A stretch of DNA of 63,986 nucleotides, filler included, from Neolecta irregularis DAH-3 (Eukaryota): NCBI GenBank assembly GCA_001929475.1. It is 17 parts of 17 records of this genome, joined end to end, with 100 filler letters (N's around TTAATTAATTAA, not from the genome) between each part and the next. Parts side by side here need not be neighbours in the genome. Positions count along the whole stretch, not along the records: positions 18,090 to 38,964 come from LXFE01000117.1; 16 more parts are not named here. The stretch is one strand, 5' to 3'. The translations under genes and the position numbers were made by a program. Shown piece by piece: positions 21,779 through 35,331 of this stretch. The notes under the pieces are model-generated. The model saw only the letters and a list, made by a program, of their open reading frames with translations, made no database searches and had not been told where the DNA came from. Within the stretch, counting starts at the first letter, position 1. Each line of letters begins with the position of its first letter.

Positions 21779-22686
21779 TTATCTGCCTTCGTTCTGTTTC
21801 TTGACCAGTTTACCATTTACATCTAATCCGTCAAATACTCCTTCCACTGCTGGAAACTGTCTTTTGATCAGCGCCGAGTATTCCGCACTGAATTTCCCGT
21901 TTACTTCCTGTACCAACTTGGGCGACTTTTTCAATAAATTTAAGAACCTTCTTCGCATATACCTAGGCGTAATGTTTCTCGCTTCCCGCGTTTTCAGCTC
22001 GCCGACAGGCTGCTTGTAGCCTTTTGGCATACCCACTTTCGTGGCTTTCTCTTCAAGCTTTGAAAACTCATCTTCAGGAAGTGGTGCGTCAAGCGACTTC
22101 AAGACTTTTGAATGATGACGATGTTTAATATTGGCCTCACGGCGTTTATCGAGTTGTTTTCCAGGTAATAGAATAGGCATTACAGGCAGAATATTTTTGA
22201 AAGTTTTCCCAACTTGGCTTTTTATCAACGCCTCTAGTGGCTCGGAAATCGTTGGAGGACATGTCCTGGGCATATGTGGTATTAAAGGCGCTGGTTTTGG
22301 GGCTGGATAATTTCGTATGTGCTGGAAAAGTCATTTTCTAGCAGATATAAGGTATCATACGGCCATCAATTGCTTTCTTCGCTTTCCCTTTCTCCCGTAG
22401 GCGCGGTTGAGTACAACTTCGGTCGCTTTGACATCCCCCGAATTTGCTAGTCTGAGGGTTGTGAGATGTTTTCTGCCAATCGCATGCCACTTTATGAGCT
22501 TGCATTTCTGGATAGTACCGTTCGCCTCGAACCTTTCTCTGATATGAATTTTTAGACAAAATCTGCAGGGTCAGCTGTGTCGAAGCAGATATTGTACCGA
22601 GCATCCGCATCAAAAAACTTGCGCACCTCTTTGAGAATTATCCTGTACAATGTATGCGCATATGGGTGATAGCTCATCATTGTCAT
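21779..22686 (-). CDS. Mitochondrial LYR-motif protein, Cup1-like (2 introns)
   Basis: Spliced product LYRIILKEVRKFFDADAR/FCLKIHIRERF..ANSGD..VLNRAYGRKGKRR..RNITPRYMRRRF. Confidence 0.7.
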
Positions 22687-22813
22687 CTTGAACTAAATAC
22701 CCAAAGGTGATTGGGGAAGGTGGAGTCGGCAACTTCCGGGATGGACCTGGTATAACCCCGAGTTCTCCCGTTGATGAAATCGCGGGTGAGTGTCCACTTT
22801 TCTCAAGTGCAAA

Positions 22814-23764
22814 ATGATTCGACCTCGCATCAAAGCAAATAGCTTTAAACCAGGTCGGCAGTCGTTTGTCCAACAATTCGCCTCACCTCCAAAGTCACCA
22901 CCCCGCAAACCTCCTTCCCCCTTTGCACTCCTAGGTCTATTCGGTGTGGGATTTCTTGCGTTTTACAGTTTAACAAATATAAGAAAGAACGGTACGATTC
23001 CTCCTAGCCTGGCATAAAGGAGGTGTTGAATCATGAAAGAACCCAAATTGTCAATGTCAGAGCAAAAGTCCTTGCCGGATACCTCTAAACCGACCTTTGA
23101 CAAAGATAAGGTCGCCGTTATCTTCGTTCTTGGTACTAAATTGTCGTTGCATCTTGGTTTTTATGCATATAGGCGGTCCTGGGGCTGGGAAAGGTACTCA
23201 ATGTGCCAACCTCGTTCAAGAAAAGGGATTTGTACATCTGTCTGCTGGGGACCTCCTACGCGCCGAACAAAATCGAAAATCCTCGCAATACAGTGAATTG
23301 ATTTCGAAACATATACGAGAAGGGACTATTGTTCCTATGGAAGTGACTATTGCATTACTGGAGAATGCAATGAAAGAAAGCATTGCTCAGGGAGCTAGCA
23401 GATTTTTAATTGACGGATTTCCCAGGAAGATGGATCAGTGTTTGAAGTTTGAAGAAGATGTGGGTTCCCCATTCTCTTCACGTATTTAGCGCTCTAGGTC
23501 TGCGGAAGTCGATTTACTCTGCTCTTTGATTGTGACGAGGCTACTATGCTCAGTCGACTATTGAAACGAGGAGAAACTTCTGGAAGAGAAGATGATAATA
23601 TTGAAAGCATCAAAAAGCGATTCCGGACGTTTGTGGAAACTACAATGCCTGTTGTCGAGTATATGGAATCAAAGGGGAAAGTCTTAAAGGTCGATTGTTT
23701 GGATATGCCTGAAAATGTTTTCAAGGTTGTCAAGGGAAAAGTTGAGGTTGCTTTGGGTATTTAG
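22814..23764 (+). CDS. URA6: UMP-CMP kinase, with putative N-terminal targeting extension (multi-exon)
   Basis: VIFVLG/GPGAGKGTQC, HLSAGDLLRAE, FLIDGFPRKMDQ, SGREDDNIESIKKRF. The start codon is uncertain (22814 or 23054). Confidence 0.92.
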
Positions 23765-23878
23765 GGATTTAGCATCATTTCTTTCTTCTATTCTTACTAT
23801 CTTAGTAAAGAGTACTCTAGTGAATCTCTGGCTTGTTTTTGATATACTTCTTGATAGGGCCTTCCTATGACCTATACA

Positions 23879-24946
23879 TTACCCAACCCTATGCGTTGAA
23901 ACCTTCGTTTCAGGGTCCTTTGTAATAAACCCATGTAGCGGGCTAGGCCAGGTTTCATGCATATGTTGACCAAAGACCTTTTGAATACCTTCAAATAGTT
24001 CCTCGCTGTCCTTCTTCTGGGCTCTCCAATACTCTTGCACGCAAACCTCCAGTTCATTCACAGAACCAATTCCCGTGACATTTGCGGATTCCGTCCAGTG
24101 AGTAAAAACAAATCGTAAAGCTAGAGAAGCTATGTCATTGTCATGGTTTTGAGCCCATTCACAGGCCTTTTGGGCTGCATTGCGGAGTTCTGCAGATGCT
24201 GGGTGCCACAGGGGAGGTCCCTGAGGTCGAAGCATGCCCATACTGAGGGCACCTGCATTAAGCACGACTTTGACTCCTGCACCGTGGATCTTGGGTAAGA
24301 ATTTTTTCAGAGTTGTGTTTTGGAGAGTAAATTTGGTGTATGTGAGGATTAGATCGAGTGGTTTGTTGAATGTGTCTCGAGCTAAATTCGCCAAGTGCAA
24401 AAGTCTCTCTAATGGAAGACCTAGTCATGAGCGTAGCTCTGAAATCAAGGGTTAACCTGTGATCCCAACATTCCTGATCACTCCTTTTTCTTTGAGTTTA
24501 AAGAGGACACACAAAGCATCAAGGACTTGTTCATCAGAGACGAATTCAACATCATGACACATGACAGCATCGAGATACTCGGTGTTCAATCTCATCAAGC
24601 TGCGATATACACTCTTCTCGATCCAGTCCTTTGAATAATCGAATTTATCTTGACTTATCCTCCCGCATTTCGTAGCTAAATAATATCGATCTCTTGGCCA
24701 TGAATTTACAAGCGAACGAAGAGCCTTGCCTAGCAAGATCTCGGAATCTCCATAGTATGGGGAGGTGTCAATCGCTCGGACTCCAAGCTCAAACGCGCGT
24801 GTTAGAATATCTTGGACTGGAATTGCATTAGGCGTCGTAGAATATTGCAGAGAAAATGTTCCCGTTCCCAGCACGATTGGTAATGATCCATCGGCGAGAT
24901 TTGTGAGAACTGGATGCTGGACTGAAGATACTGACTTGAGAGACAT
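23879..24946 (-). CDS. Aldo-keto reductase, Ara2/L-galactose dehydrogenase-like (1 intron)
   Basis: IDTSPYYGDSEILLGKAL, LATKCGR, YLDAVMCHDVEFV, GVIRNVGITG, PPLWHPAS. Confidence 0.9.
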
Positions 24947-26069
24947 AAAAAAGCAAAATAGAGTTGGTAAGCCTTGATTAATAATATTAAAAAGTCAAAT
25001 TAGTAAATATTACAGTCATTGATTTGAAGGACGATAATTAATAAATCCTAAAAACTATTGAAAAAGAACGCCTTCCATGCAATTGGATGGATCACTGTGA
25101 GTAGCAAGTGTTTATAGGTTTAAATAGATTATTGATCGGTGAGCGCAATCGTATGGGCTTTCACTGTCTTAAGTCGTAAGACTTGGGAACGGAATAGGTT
25201 AATACAGTGGGCTACCTAACACTACAGAACAGCCCTTCTTATAGTTGCCAGCAGTAGGATGATAACATACGGAAAAAGTACAAAGAGAAGAGATAGCCGG
25301 AATAGAAAGCACAGTGAACCCTAGAACGCTGCACAGCAGTTTACCAGCCTCCCCAGAAAGTGATAAATAGTTAACTGGAAATAAGAAAAGGAAATACCTG
25401 CCATCATCATCTTGGATTCGGTCAAGGAGTGCAAAGGGCGGGTGAGTGGGTTGAGGGACTTTCCGTTGAAATTGGTGTTGCACAGTATCTTCGGCAGTGC
25501 CATATGTGCTAGCCACGCCATTAAAACCCTGTCTGAGCGGGCCTCCTTTTTGGAAATCCATGTGGGCCGCGCCACAGTACCATGTGAAGGAATGGGAAGT
25601 TGTCCGTCTGGCATTTCACAACTATTCCTAAGGGTTCGAATTTCCAACTATAAGACGGTCTTGCCAACTCTAATAAAACAAACACCAAGATAATTTGTAG
25701 TATACAGTCAATAACAATTCCTTATGATTAGAGCCACGACAGATTTTCAAAGCCAAGAGTTTTGACTGCACCTAGAAAAGTCATGCGATCCTATGGGGAT
25801 CAGTCTCTACTTGTTGATACCCCAAGTACTTATAGCTTAGCAACAAGTATAGAAAATGTTTGAGCCATCATATTTAATGACCGCACCCCGTCTGTAAGCA
25901 GCCAGTTTGGCATCAATTGATTATGATACGCTGAAGGTTTAAATAAAATGACTCTGGCATTCAAAACGACACTGAAAGAAGAAAGCATTACTCCTCTACA
26001 ATAGCAAAGCCGAATAGACTCCTAAACCAATCACCTCTCGAGAAATCTGAATCAAGTGTCTGCAAGAAA

Positions 26070-29000
26070 CTACAGGACCTGCACAATATCAACTTGGGCC
26101 GTTCAGTACGGGACATACTCTGCCTGCGATAGCGGCACTCTTATCGATAGTCTGAACTTTTTTTAATCCCTTTCCAGCTTGAATGGCATTAAGCAATGCA
26201 CTTCGATCGAGGGTTAATGGAGGCAAACTAGGGGCAACAGGTGGTAGTGGAGGTATGCCACTTGGTGCTGTGTTCAAAGGAGGAGGAGGAGGTATGCCAC
26301 TAGGTGCCGTGTTCAGAGGCATACTACTCGCTCCCATGTTCATACCGCTCGGTCCCATGTTCAGAGGCATACCACTCGGTCCCATGTTCAAAGGAGGACC
26401 AGAAGCAGTTGGACTTGAGGACTTTGAAGGTGCACTTGATTTCCTTGGTGGTCCCATTCCACCAAAAAGCATAGCAGCAAGATCAGTCGGCTTTCTTCCA
26501 GCTGAAAATCCGCCATCTTCGTCATCTGTACTCGAATGCCCATCGTCAGATCTCATTACTGACCAATCATCTCCGGAATCAGCTCGAAGATGACCACTCC
26601 CGGTGATGGGAGGTCTAACTGCTTCGCCGCCAACAAGTTTGAAAAAGGGATTGTTAGAGTCGCTTCGTGATAGAGAGACTGAAGCGCCTGACGAACGTGG
26701 AGTCGCGGCGCTCATATTTAAAAATGGATTCGTCTGTGTAGGGGCTGGTGCTGTCGTTTCCAGCTGTATATGGTCATCGTCTTTGACCGAGGCAACGGGG
26801 GTTTCGGTGTCATCCGATCTAGGAGAATGTGCTTGATTGTCGTCCTCGAGAAGTAATTCCCGTTCCCGTTGCAAATTCATTTCTTCCTGTTTCCTCGTTT
26901 CAATTTCAGCTCTCATAATGCAGAGTTTCTCTTCCCGCTCTTTTGCCAGTCGATCAACTTCAGCTCGATGTTTTGCCTCGTCGGCTTTCCTGGATTTCCC
27001 TTGTCGCACTTGTGCTTCCAACCGTCGCAGACGCTCCTCCTGAGCAGTCTTTTGAGCTAATAATTCCTCCTCTTCGCGACGACTTTGATCTTCCAATGCG
27101 AAATGTTGCGCTTCTTGAGCTTCTTGTTCCGCTTTTAGCGTTTTTTCACGAGCCTCTCGTTCATTATCTCGACTGGCGGTTTTCTTAGGTTGGGCAGACT
27201 TTCTCGCTGGTGGCGGCGCAGGCTTCTTCTTCTCTGGAACAGGATCTAACGGGATATCAACCGGTGGGGACGCTTGCCTTTGAGAGACAGGTTTAATTCC
27301 AAGTGCTGCTAGGCGCTCATTCATTCGACGTTGAGCTTCTGCTTTGACCCATGCAACTCGGTCTTCAACTGATTGGTTGGGCAAAGGTTTACTCTTATCG
27401 CTTGCTGAAGAATCCCGACGAGTGGAGGAAGCTGGAGGGCCCCGCTCAGGTTGATATCGATTGCTCTTACGATCATTCGATTGTCTACGAGTTAAAACGG
27501 GATCGCCGGTTAAAATACCGTTCGCGACTCAACGATCCTCTTTGTAACTCTAAAATAAAACTCTTGACTTGGTCGTCTACTCCAAGTCCATCTTCCCATC
27601 GTTTTCGATCATCCTCTTCGCGCTCAGTGTCGTCACTTTCTAATCCGCGTTGTATACTTTCTCGAAGCATATTCGCACTTTCATCGATTTCCCGGATAAC
27701 GGTTCCGTTTCTCTCTTTCTCGCGTTTAATCCGTTCAGTCTCCTCTTCAAGTCTCCGTGCAGAGTCTTCGCCACTCGTAGGGGGATTTTGGCCTGTCAAC
27801 GCAGCCATTCGTGATTGTAACATGGCTGCGGCTTTCGCTTTACGGCGGTCTGCATCAGACCCGGAACCGACGATGCTATTGGGATGCGCTTTGGAATCTT
27901 TGATATGGAATAATTCAATCTTGGAGTCGGCGATCTTTTCCTCTATTTTCCGGATACTGGTCACAAGGGTAGGAATTTTATCATCGAGGGATTGTAATCT
28001 CTTTTTCAACGCAGATCTGTCACTCGAAGAGACTTTGATGGATGGGAGACGATCAATTTCTTCTTGAATTCGACGGATTTCTTTGTACAAGTAATCCGCT
28101 TCATCGCGATCCCTTTGCTCGAGTTTTTGCTCAACTTGAATATTTTCTTGATCTCGAGTATCGATTGACTCCAACAGAATCTCCTTTTCGTGGATCCGTT
28201 TTTTTAAAGCTTCGATTCCTGATCTGGTTTCAGATATTGCTGGGGAGGGTGTTCTTCCCCCGCCTCTTCGTCTTGCGCTTGACTTGTAATGTATTTCTGT
28301 ATCGTCATTTCTATATGTAGCACCCTTGCGGTAAGTTTCTTGATTCTTTTTCAAATTCAAGCCAAGTTGAGAAATAGGAGTAATTTTTCGCGAGGCATCA
28401 CTACGAAGCATATTTTTAACCTGATTCACTGAATCGGAAATATTCCGCCAGGATGGAGGAATCAGTTCTTGGGGTAGACGCGCCGGAATATCATATCCAT
28501 TCAAATTTCGATAGATCTGCAATGAATATCGATAGAAACGATGCATACCAAATGCAAGCTTATTGCAAATTCATCTGTATTCAATTTTCCACGATTTTGC
28601 GGATCGGCAAGCGTCCTGGGAAATCAAACCTAGTCGTAGATAGACATACCAGACTTTCTCTAGTTCACTTCTGGGCAATCCGCTCTGGCCGAATATTTCG
28701 ATAGCGGCAGGTCCGTCGATAAACCCTTTATTCATACCATCCCAAGCTTTAAAGATCTGATCATAAACGATTTTCTCTTCTTTAGTGATAGCCCAGGGGA
28801 TTGTAGCATTCCCTTGCAAACCGGTCACGGAAAACCCCCCTTCGCGTCCGGCCTGGGGCATAAGGCGAGCCTGGAGGGCGTCGATTCCAGGAAGACCGCC
28901 TGCAGGGGCATTGACAAAGCCCCATTGGCCAGTAGGTTGAGCTGCTAAATTAGGTGTTGCTGACGCGGAGTGAGTTAGGTTTGTAAACTGAGGGCGAAGG

Positions 29001-29995
29001 GGTTGAAGACCTAAATTGAGATTCTGACTAAAAGATTGGGGTTGAAATCCGAATCCCAGGGACTGAGGTTGGAAACCGGTGGCGAGGGGTTGAATAGCAA
29101 AGTGCGGTTGAGGAAACTGAGGCTGCTGAGGAATAGAATGCTGAGGAATAGAATGCGGAATAGAATGCTGAGGAATAGAATGCTGGATCTGAAGTTGAGC
29201 GGTTGTATTCATTGCTTCAAAACTGGGTGCGTTAGTCAGGGGTAGATTTTTCATATTATCTTCAATTGCAAAAGAGATGATATCGACGAGAGAGGAAACT
29301 TCATTTAGCGTCTTTTCGTCAATTGTATCTGGAATTCCACGTCCTGTAAGCTGTTTATTGCACAAACTCATGGCAAGGCAAAATTCTGGAAAGTAGAGTG
29401 CACCAGATTTGGTAGTGTCTGACAGTGACCTAGGGTAACTATAATGGACTTGCAATCCATACCATATTTTTGAAAGAACTCCCGAAGAGAGTTTTGACCG
29501 GAGTAATATCTCCCGAGCCTTTTCGCCTGTGTTCTCAACAGCGATACAAAAGTAGATATACCGCTCAAGACGACTTCTGACCCGACAGCTACGCGGAATA
29601 GTTGTTCGAATTTGCCTTGGTCATCCGCGGTAAGAAACGAAAGTCGAACTAGAAATGAGCGAGTGGTATAAGGTAAGTGCACCATTTGGAATTTTTGGAC
29701 CTGTTTTCGAGTTTTCATTTTCTAATTGAGGATTTCTATGGAAGGCGGGTTGCTGCTGGGAGAACTGAGGACTTTGATAAGAGAAACCAGTTGGGGTAGG
29801 TCCGACTCCTGACTGGAGATTTTGCTGAAGTGGAAATCCGATCTGCTGCTGCTGAATATGAGGCTGCTGTCCAGGATAGAATGCTGTTGGTTGTTGGGGT
29901 AGCATCGCCAGCTTTGGATAATTCGGCTGTGGGGATTGCTGGGCGTATTGCTGTTGTTGGGGTTGCTGGTTCTGAAACTGCTGATTCGAATACAT
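26070..29995 (-). CDS. PAN1: Actin cytoskeleton-regulatory complex protein Pan1 (EH domains, coiled coil, Pro-rich, WH2)
   Basis: Q-rich QPTG repeats, [42 protein letters not shown]2 [20 protein letters not shown], terminal micro-exon VL*. Confidence 0.95.
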
Positions 29996-30169
29996 TTGCG
30001 CGAGATTCAAAGATTGTTCATAAAATAATCAATGCGGGGATGGTCTGAATGGGGGTTGAACAGACGGCAGTCTCGTGCACTTTGTCGCGTTTCACAATTG
30101 GGAGTGATTCAACAGCGGTACATACAAAGACTCACGGCTAGATAAATCTGAATAAACTAAAACTCCAGT

Positions 30170-30553
30170 TCAGTTTGGGCCTTCCCCTCCGGGAACAAGC
30201 TGCAAGGTAAGGAGGATCGCGGAAGGGACAGCACCATACAGATATTGTTACCATTCAGGAGAATCTGGGATAGCTTATTCTTCCTTCCATCTTCGAGGCT
30301 GTGGTGTCAAAAAATCCGGAGAGTGGGATACTATTCTGTAACATCTTCGAGAACCATATCTGAAGTTGGCTCATGTCAATAGGACACTTACTGACGAAAT
30401 CATCAAAGCCTTGCAACAGACCAGCGAATTCCTTGTTTCCTTTCATGATAACCCAGATGCGCGAACCAACGCACTTGTCCACAAGCTCTACAATTATGAG
30501 ATATCCCAGCTGTATGTACCTAGTGGCATAATCTGATTTGCGGCAGAAGTCAT
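30170..30553 (-). CDS. LSM5: U6 snRNA-associated Sm-like protein Lsm5 (multi-exon)
   Basis: [62 protein letters not shown]. Confidence 0.95.
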
Positions 30554-30800
30554 AGATCGAGGTTGTTAATGAAGGGTGGTATCAGGTGTAGTACGGGAAC
30601 GGACCTCGAAATGAACTTCAGCTCAGCGATACTTTTATTCTACATCTATTGATCTCGAGCCTGATCATTTGGAATCTCGAGCCTAGATCATTATGCGCGA
30701 CATGTTTATGTAGGAACGAGGCTATCCAGCGACATCAACGTCGACTCTGGATCACACGTTGTCAAGCACAACTATGAAGTCAAGAATCGGAATGGGCAAT

Positions 30801-30880
30801 CCCTAACCCTAAGGGCAGGGTTGCTCCAAGGGCAGGGTACGCAAGGGCAGGGTACGCAAGGGCAGGGTACGCAGGTACGC
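30801..30880 (+). repeat. (CCCTAA)2 followed by 15-bp tandem repeat GGGCAGGGTACGCAA
   Basis: Four GGGCAGGG units read directly from the sequence. Confidence 0.85.
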
Positions 30881-31929
30881 AAGGTAGCTACGAGGTGGAT
30901 GCCCAATCCAGCCCGCCGCGGGACCCCGGACACTCACCGGCGAACCAGTCGGGCCTGCTCGGCGTCGCGCTGCTGTACGGCGCTTGCGCGAGGGGCTTCG
31001 GCGGCTGCCGGCGGGGCACAGCGTGTTCCTGGTGCTCGTATTCTGTATTCTATATTCTGTATTCTCGAGGCAAGTGTTATGATATACTCCGAGATTTACA
31101 TGTACAGTTACCAACCCAGTAAGACGGTATAGATTAATATAAGGGTAATTTAGATATAAAGACAAGCGAGGCATCATCGCTCCAAGGTCTAATTAACTTG
31201 GATTGGAAATATAATCCAATCTTCTGCTTCCCAAAATACTTTCATGGTCCCCTTACCACGACTGCAAACAGGAAACTAGCACTTTGAGAAAGCTATTTTT
31301 GAATCGAATTGGCGGTGTTTGATCTTGCTGCAATTCAGGATCTTATCTCCTGATTTTACTGAATCCCATCATACTCGGTACAACCCTATTCTGTTTTCCA
31401 TTCGTCATTTTCTTCATCGCAAAGCAATTTAATATCACGAGAGATAGGTGGTCATCTTTGCATTGGGGAAGAATTTGCTGCCTTGCAGAGCTTCGGTAGC
31501 CTGGGACAAAATATTCGGCTCCTTCTCCCCGCCTCACCAGCCTAACCCATCCATCCCGTCTCGCCCGTCCCTCCCGTGTCATCCGCTCGTCCCACCCACC
31601 TTGCCCCCTCTCCCGTCTCGCCTGCCTGTCTCGCCCGTCCACAACACTGCATATTGTTATTACCATATTCTGTATTTATTACCATATTCTGTATTTATTC
31701 CCATATATTTTATATTGTTCAACCATATATTCGGTATTCTTCCATACATATTCGGTATTTATTTATCTATCTATATTCTGTATTATTCCTGCATAATCGT
31801 GCTATTCAAGAGTTAGTTTCGCGTTGAATCACTCTTGGTATCCACCACACATCCATGCGGATCTCGGTAAAGTCCGGAATCACCTCCTTGGCTCTAAATT
31901 CCAATCAAAAATCGCCCTTTCTATCATTC

Positions 31930-33235
31930 ATGCTTCGTGTCAAGTACAAAGTTGCAAAATACCATTAATCCCTTAGTACTAGTCCAACGAGACAGATTAC
32001 TAGGTCGCCAATACCAAGGACCCAATCAACACCAAGGGTCACAAAACACCTTTCTGCAAGGCCCATTTCATACTTTTTCGGCCCAAACCCGAAAAACGGT
32101 ACTTGGCATCCTACAGATGGCATACGCTTTTCCAGTACCACCGTTGAAAGAAACATTGGAATCAACAACTCTTATAATGATGGCGTCTTGACTGTTTCCT
32201 GTACCAAGGCAGTCAAAATTAAAGAGAAACAAATTAAATCATCCATTTACAATGTCACAGAATTGCAACTCGAAAGAACAAAAGTAGACTCGAGTTTCCA
32301 CCAGGAAAAACCAAACCCTGTCGATCCATTTAGTTTTCCGCCGCCCCGACTTTCAACAGTCCGTCAAAGACGTAATAAAGGCTCGAGGCAAAGTGACATG
32401 TGGAGCTATACAAGCCAAAATACACCCAACGGTGAAGAAATCCAGGTCTATTATACCGCGGATTTCAAGGAAGCGAACGATCTCGTTCACATATTGCATG
32501 GAAAAGTTTTGGGATTCGATATGGAGTGGCCGCCTGTATTCAGAAAATCAAAGTATATGCCCATTGGAGATGATCTAAAATACAGGACCCCTAACCCAAA
32601 AGTCTCGTTGATTCAATTATGCGATCCAAACGTCATTCTACTCATTCAAGTCGGTAAAATGACAGGTACTTTCAATTCCTTTTCTTCTCACTAACAAAGC
32701 CTTTCCACCGGCTTTGGCTGAAATAATCGGAAACCCTCGTATCCTCAAGTGCGGCGTCGCAATTAGTGGAGACGGGAAACGATTGCTGGATGCATACAAT
32801 GTTACCTGTCGAGGTCTTTTGGAATTGAGTAATCTCGCGGTTAGTGTAGATCCAGAGCGCTGGGTGTCGAATGGAGCAAGGACAATAGCTATGACTAAAC
32901 TTTGTGAAATTTATCTTGGCAAGCCGTTATCAAAAGGTCCCGTCAGAATCAGCAATTGGAATCAAAACTTATCTTCGGATCAAATACATTGTATCCATAG
33001 TTGTGAGCGATGCTGATCGTTAGATGCTGCGACCGATACTTATGCTGGATTAAGGTTATTCGAGGAACTTGATCTTTTACGGAGTACTTGTCTCCCTGTT
33101 CCTCAACTTCCTGCCACCTATGAACATCTCAATGCAGAAGCAGCCAAGAAGAAAGCAGCAGATCTAGAGATTTCAAACTTGGAAATTCAGGAAGCTATAC
33201 TTTTGGATGAACACTTGAAGAGATATAACCGATAG
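31930..33235 (+). CDS. WRN/EXD2-like DEDDy 3'-5' exonuclease (multi-exon; 5' structure uncertain)
   Basis: ExoI VLGFDMEWPP, VSLIQLC, ExoII LKCGVAISGDGKRL, SNWNQNLSSDQIH/YAATDTYAG ExoIII. Confidence 0.88.
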
Positions 33236-33603
33236 TGTTCACTTTTGTCCTTTGTATCCTTATCAGGTGGGTGGGCTTGTGTTGGGTTGGCCAGCATCTC
33301 TGCCAACAGTATTCCGGGAATTTTCATAGAAGCGAGTGTACGTTTCATTTAAAAATGGCTGCGCTTTAACAGACATAACCAATAAATAAAAGGTCATTCT
33401 GAAGATTATTGTATATTGACTTGTTAGTAAATCAATATATAAAGATTTCTTTCAATGTAATGATTTCTTATCGCATGAGCGGTCAGCTACCAGAATATGG
33501 ATCCGCAAATTCTGGGACTAGAACGGACAATTAATGTATTGCGCCTAATCTTGGCTTGAAGAGGCACCCGAATAAAACACGATCTATCATAAACAAACAA
33601 AAG

Positions 33604-34458
33604 CTAATGATCTCTCTGATTTCCTAGCAAATCCTCCAAATAGGCACTCGGCGCCCTACTTTGCCGCCCTCCTGGAGTCACTCGAGGCGTGGGTTGCAAC
33701 CCGCCGCTCGTTCCACTTAACCCAGCAGGTCTAGCGTGGGATCCAGATGTACTAGGCGGACTTCCATTCCTCCGTGTTGCGAGAGGCTTGCCTGGACTCC
33801 CCGTAGAGTAGAATCCTGCAGGCAGATACTGGCTATTCCTCATCCCATCACCCGTAGAAGCAGTAGAAAACCGGTTTGGACTCATCGTCGCAAATTCCCC
33901 GGCTCGTGAAAGCGCATCAACTGACATGGCGCTGCCGTGACTATCAGAGTATATCCCGCCTTTTGCTGGCTTTGTCAAGAATGCATTCTTTTCTACCCGT
34001 GATCGTTTATCGTTTTTTGATATCCGTAGAATCCAAGTAGCCAGTATTCGCCACGTCAAGAAGAAAAATAGGGCTCCAACAAGGCTTGCGCCAACAACAA
34101 TGAACACTGTTCCCTCCGGAAGGTTTGAGTTTCCCAGGAATGGATTATTCGCCATGGGGGGATCTGCTTCAACGACATATGAAGGAACGGCGTTGACTAG
34201 AGTCGGTAGGTCAAGGAGACTCCCTGAAGTCGTGGTCGTGGACATTACAGGAGGTGTAGATGTTGTTGATGTTGATGTTGTTGATGTCGTAGATGTTGTG
34301 GGTGTTGATGTTGTGGATGTTGATGTTGTTGATGTTGTGGGTGTTGATGTTGTGGGTGTTGATGTTGTAGATGTTGTGGATGATGGTGATGGTATAGACT
34401 TTGTGGATTTTCCAGATGTCGGGGAGGAATGAATTGATGAGTGAGCGATTTCTGGCAT
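33604..34458 (-). CDS. Prm5/Csi2/YNL058C-like single-pass membrane protein with Ser/Thr-rich N-terminus
   Basis: NNPF..SNLPEGTVFIVVGASL TM segment; C-terminal RAPSAYLEDLL; ACAACATCAAC-type repeats at 34255-34390. Confidence 0.8.
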   Translation of the reverse strand: MPEIAHSSIHSSPTSGKSTKSIPSPSSTTSTTSTPTTSTPTTSTTSTSTTSTPTTSTTSTTSTSTTSTPPVMSTTTTSGSLLDLPTLVNAVPSYVVEADPPMANNPFLGNSNLPEGTVFIVVGASLVGALFFFLTWRILATWILRISKNDKRSRVEKNAFLTKPAKGGIYSDSHGSAMSVDALSRAGEFATMSPNRFSTASTGDGMRNSQYLPAGFYSTGSPGKPLATRRNGSPPSTSGSHARPAGLSGTSGGLQPTPRVTPGGRQSRAPSAYLEDLLGNQRDH

Positions 34459-34541
34459 CGCAAATGATGTTTGTTGCCCGCGGAGTATTGTGGTTTGGCG
34501 GTTGGGCCACCATTAGCTCAAACACACTAACACCACCAAAA

Positions 34542-35237
34542 ATGGGAAAGGCGAAAACAACAAGAGCAATTTCTGTCAAGAGAATGATCAACCCAAGGGA
34601 CCAGAGGCTGTGTGTAATTTATATGCGCATTTGTCTGACCAAATGTCAGGAAAAAGAACCAAAAACCCCCAAAAACTGACAAGGAGAAAGCAAAGGAAGC
34701 AGGGCTAGTTCGCGAGATGTATACTCTCCTTTTCTCAGGAACGAAAACTCAGATGCTCTAGTCCCCAAATCTCATCTTCGCTATTCTTCCAGTTCAATCA
34801 GTCTTTAACGCCCCCGTATTCTGTAATAGTGGATACAAATTTCATCAATCAAAGTATCCAGAATAAGCTCGAACTAGTCCAAGCAATGATGGACTGTCTC
34901 TATGCGAAATGCATTCCATGTATCACAGACTGCGTTATGGCAGAACTCGAAAAACTCGGCTCAAAGTATCGAATTGCACTGAGGTATGTCGTTTGTCGAT
35001 TTTCTCCTCACGAACAGGGTTGCTCGGGATCCTAGGTTTGAAAGGCTGCCGTGTACTCACAAGGGAACATATGCGGATGACTGTATTATCGCGAGGATTA
35101 TGCAGCATAAATGTTATATCGTTGCTACAAATGATAAAGAACTGAAAGCACGGATAAGAAAAATTCCTGGTATTCCCATTATGTACGTTGCAAACCACAA
35201 ATACGCAATCGAACGTCTGCCAGATTCTATCACGTAG
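34542..35237 (+). CDS. FCF1: rRNA-processing PIN nuclease Fcf1/Utp24 (multi-exon)
   Basis: [69 protein letters not shown]. Confidence 0.96.
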
Positions 35238-35331
35238 GATTACTCAAGTCGACGTTAAGAATTTGAGCATCTTGGTATTGATTACTATTTTTGGCGAATA
35301 AAAAGCGGAAATCTATTTTTATCTCTACATT

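Noticed and set aside
25140-25700. ORFs between the aldo-keto reductase and PAN1
   Set aside because: Short overlapping frames with no motif and no consistent exon chain.
27351-28067. 238-aa plus-strand ORF
   Set aside because: It is the antisense shadow of the PAN1 coiled-coil exon; other overlapping antisense ORFs were rejected likewise.
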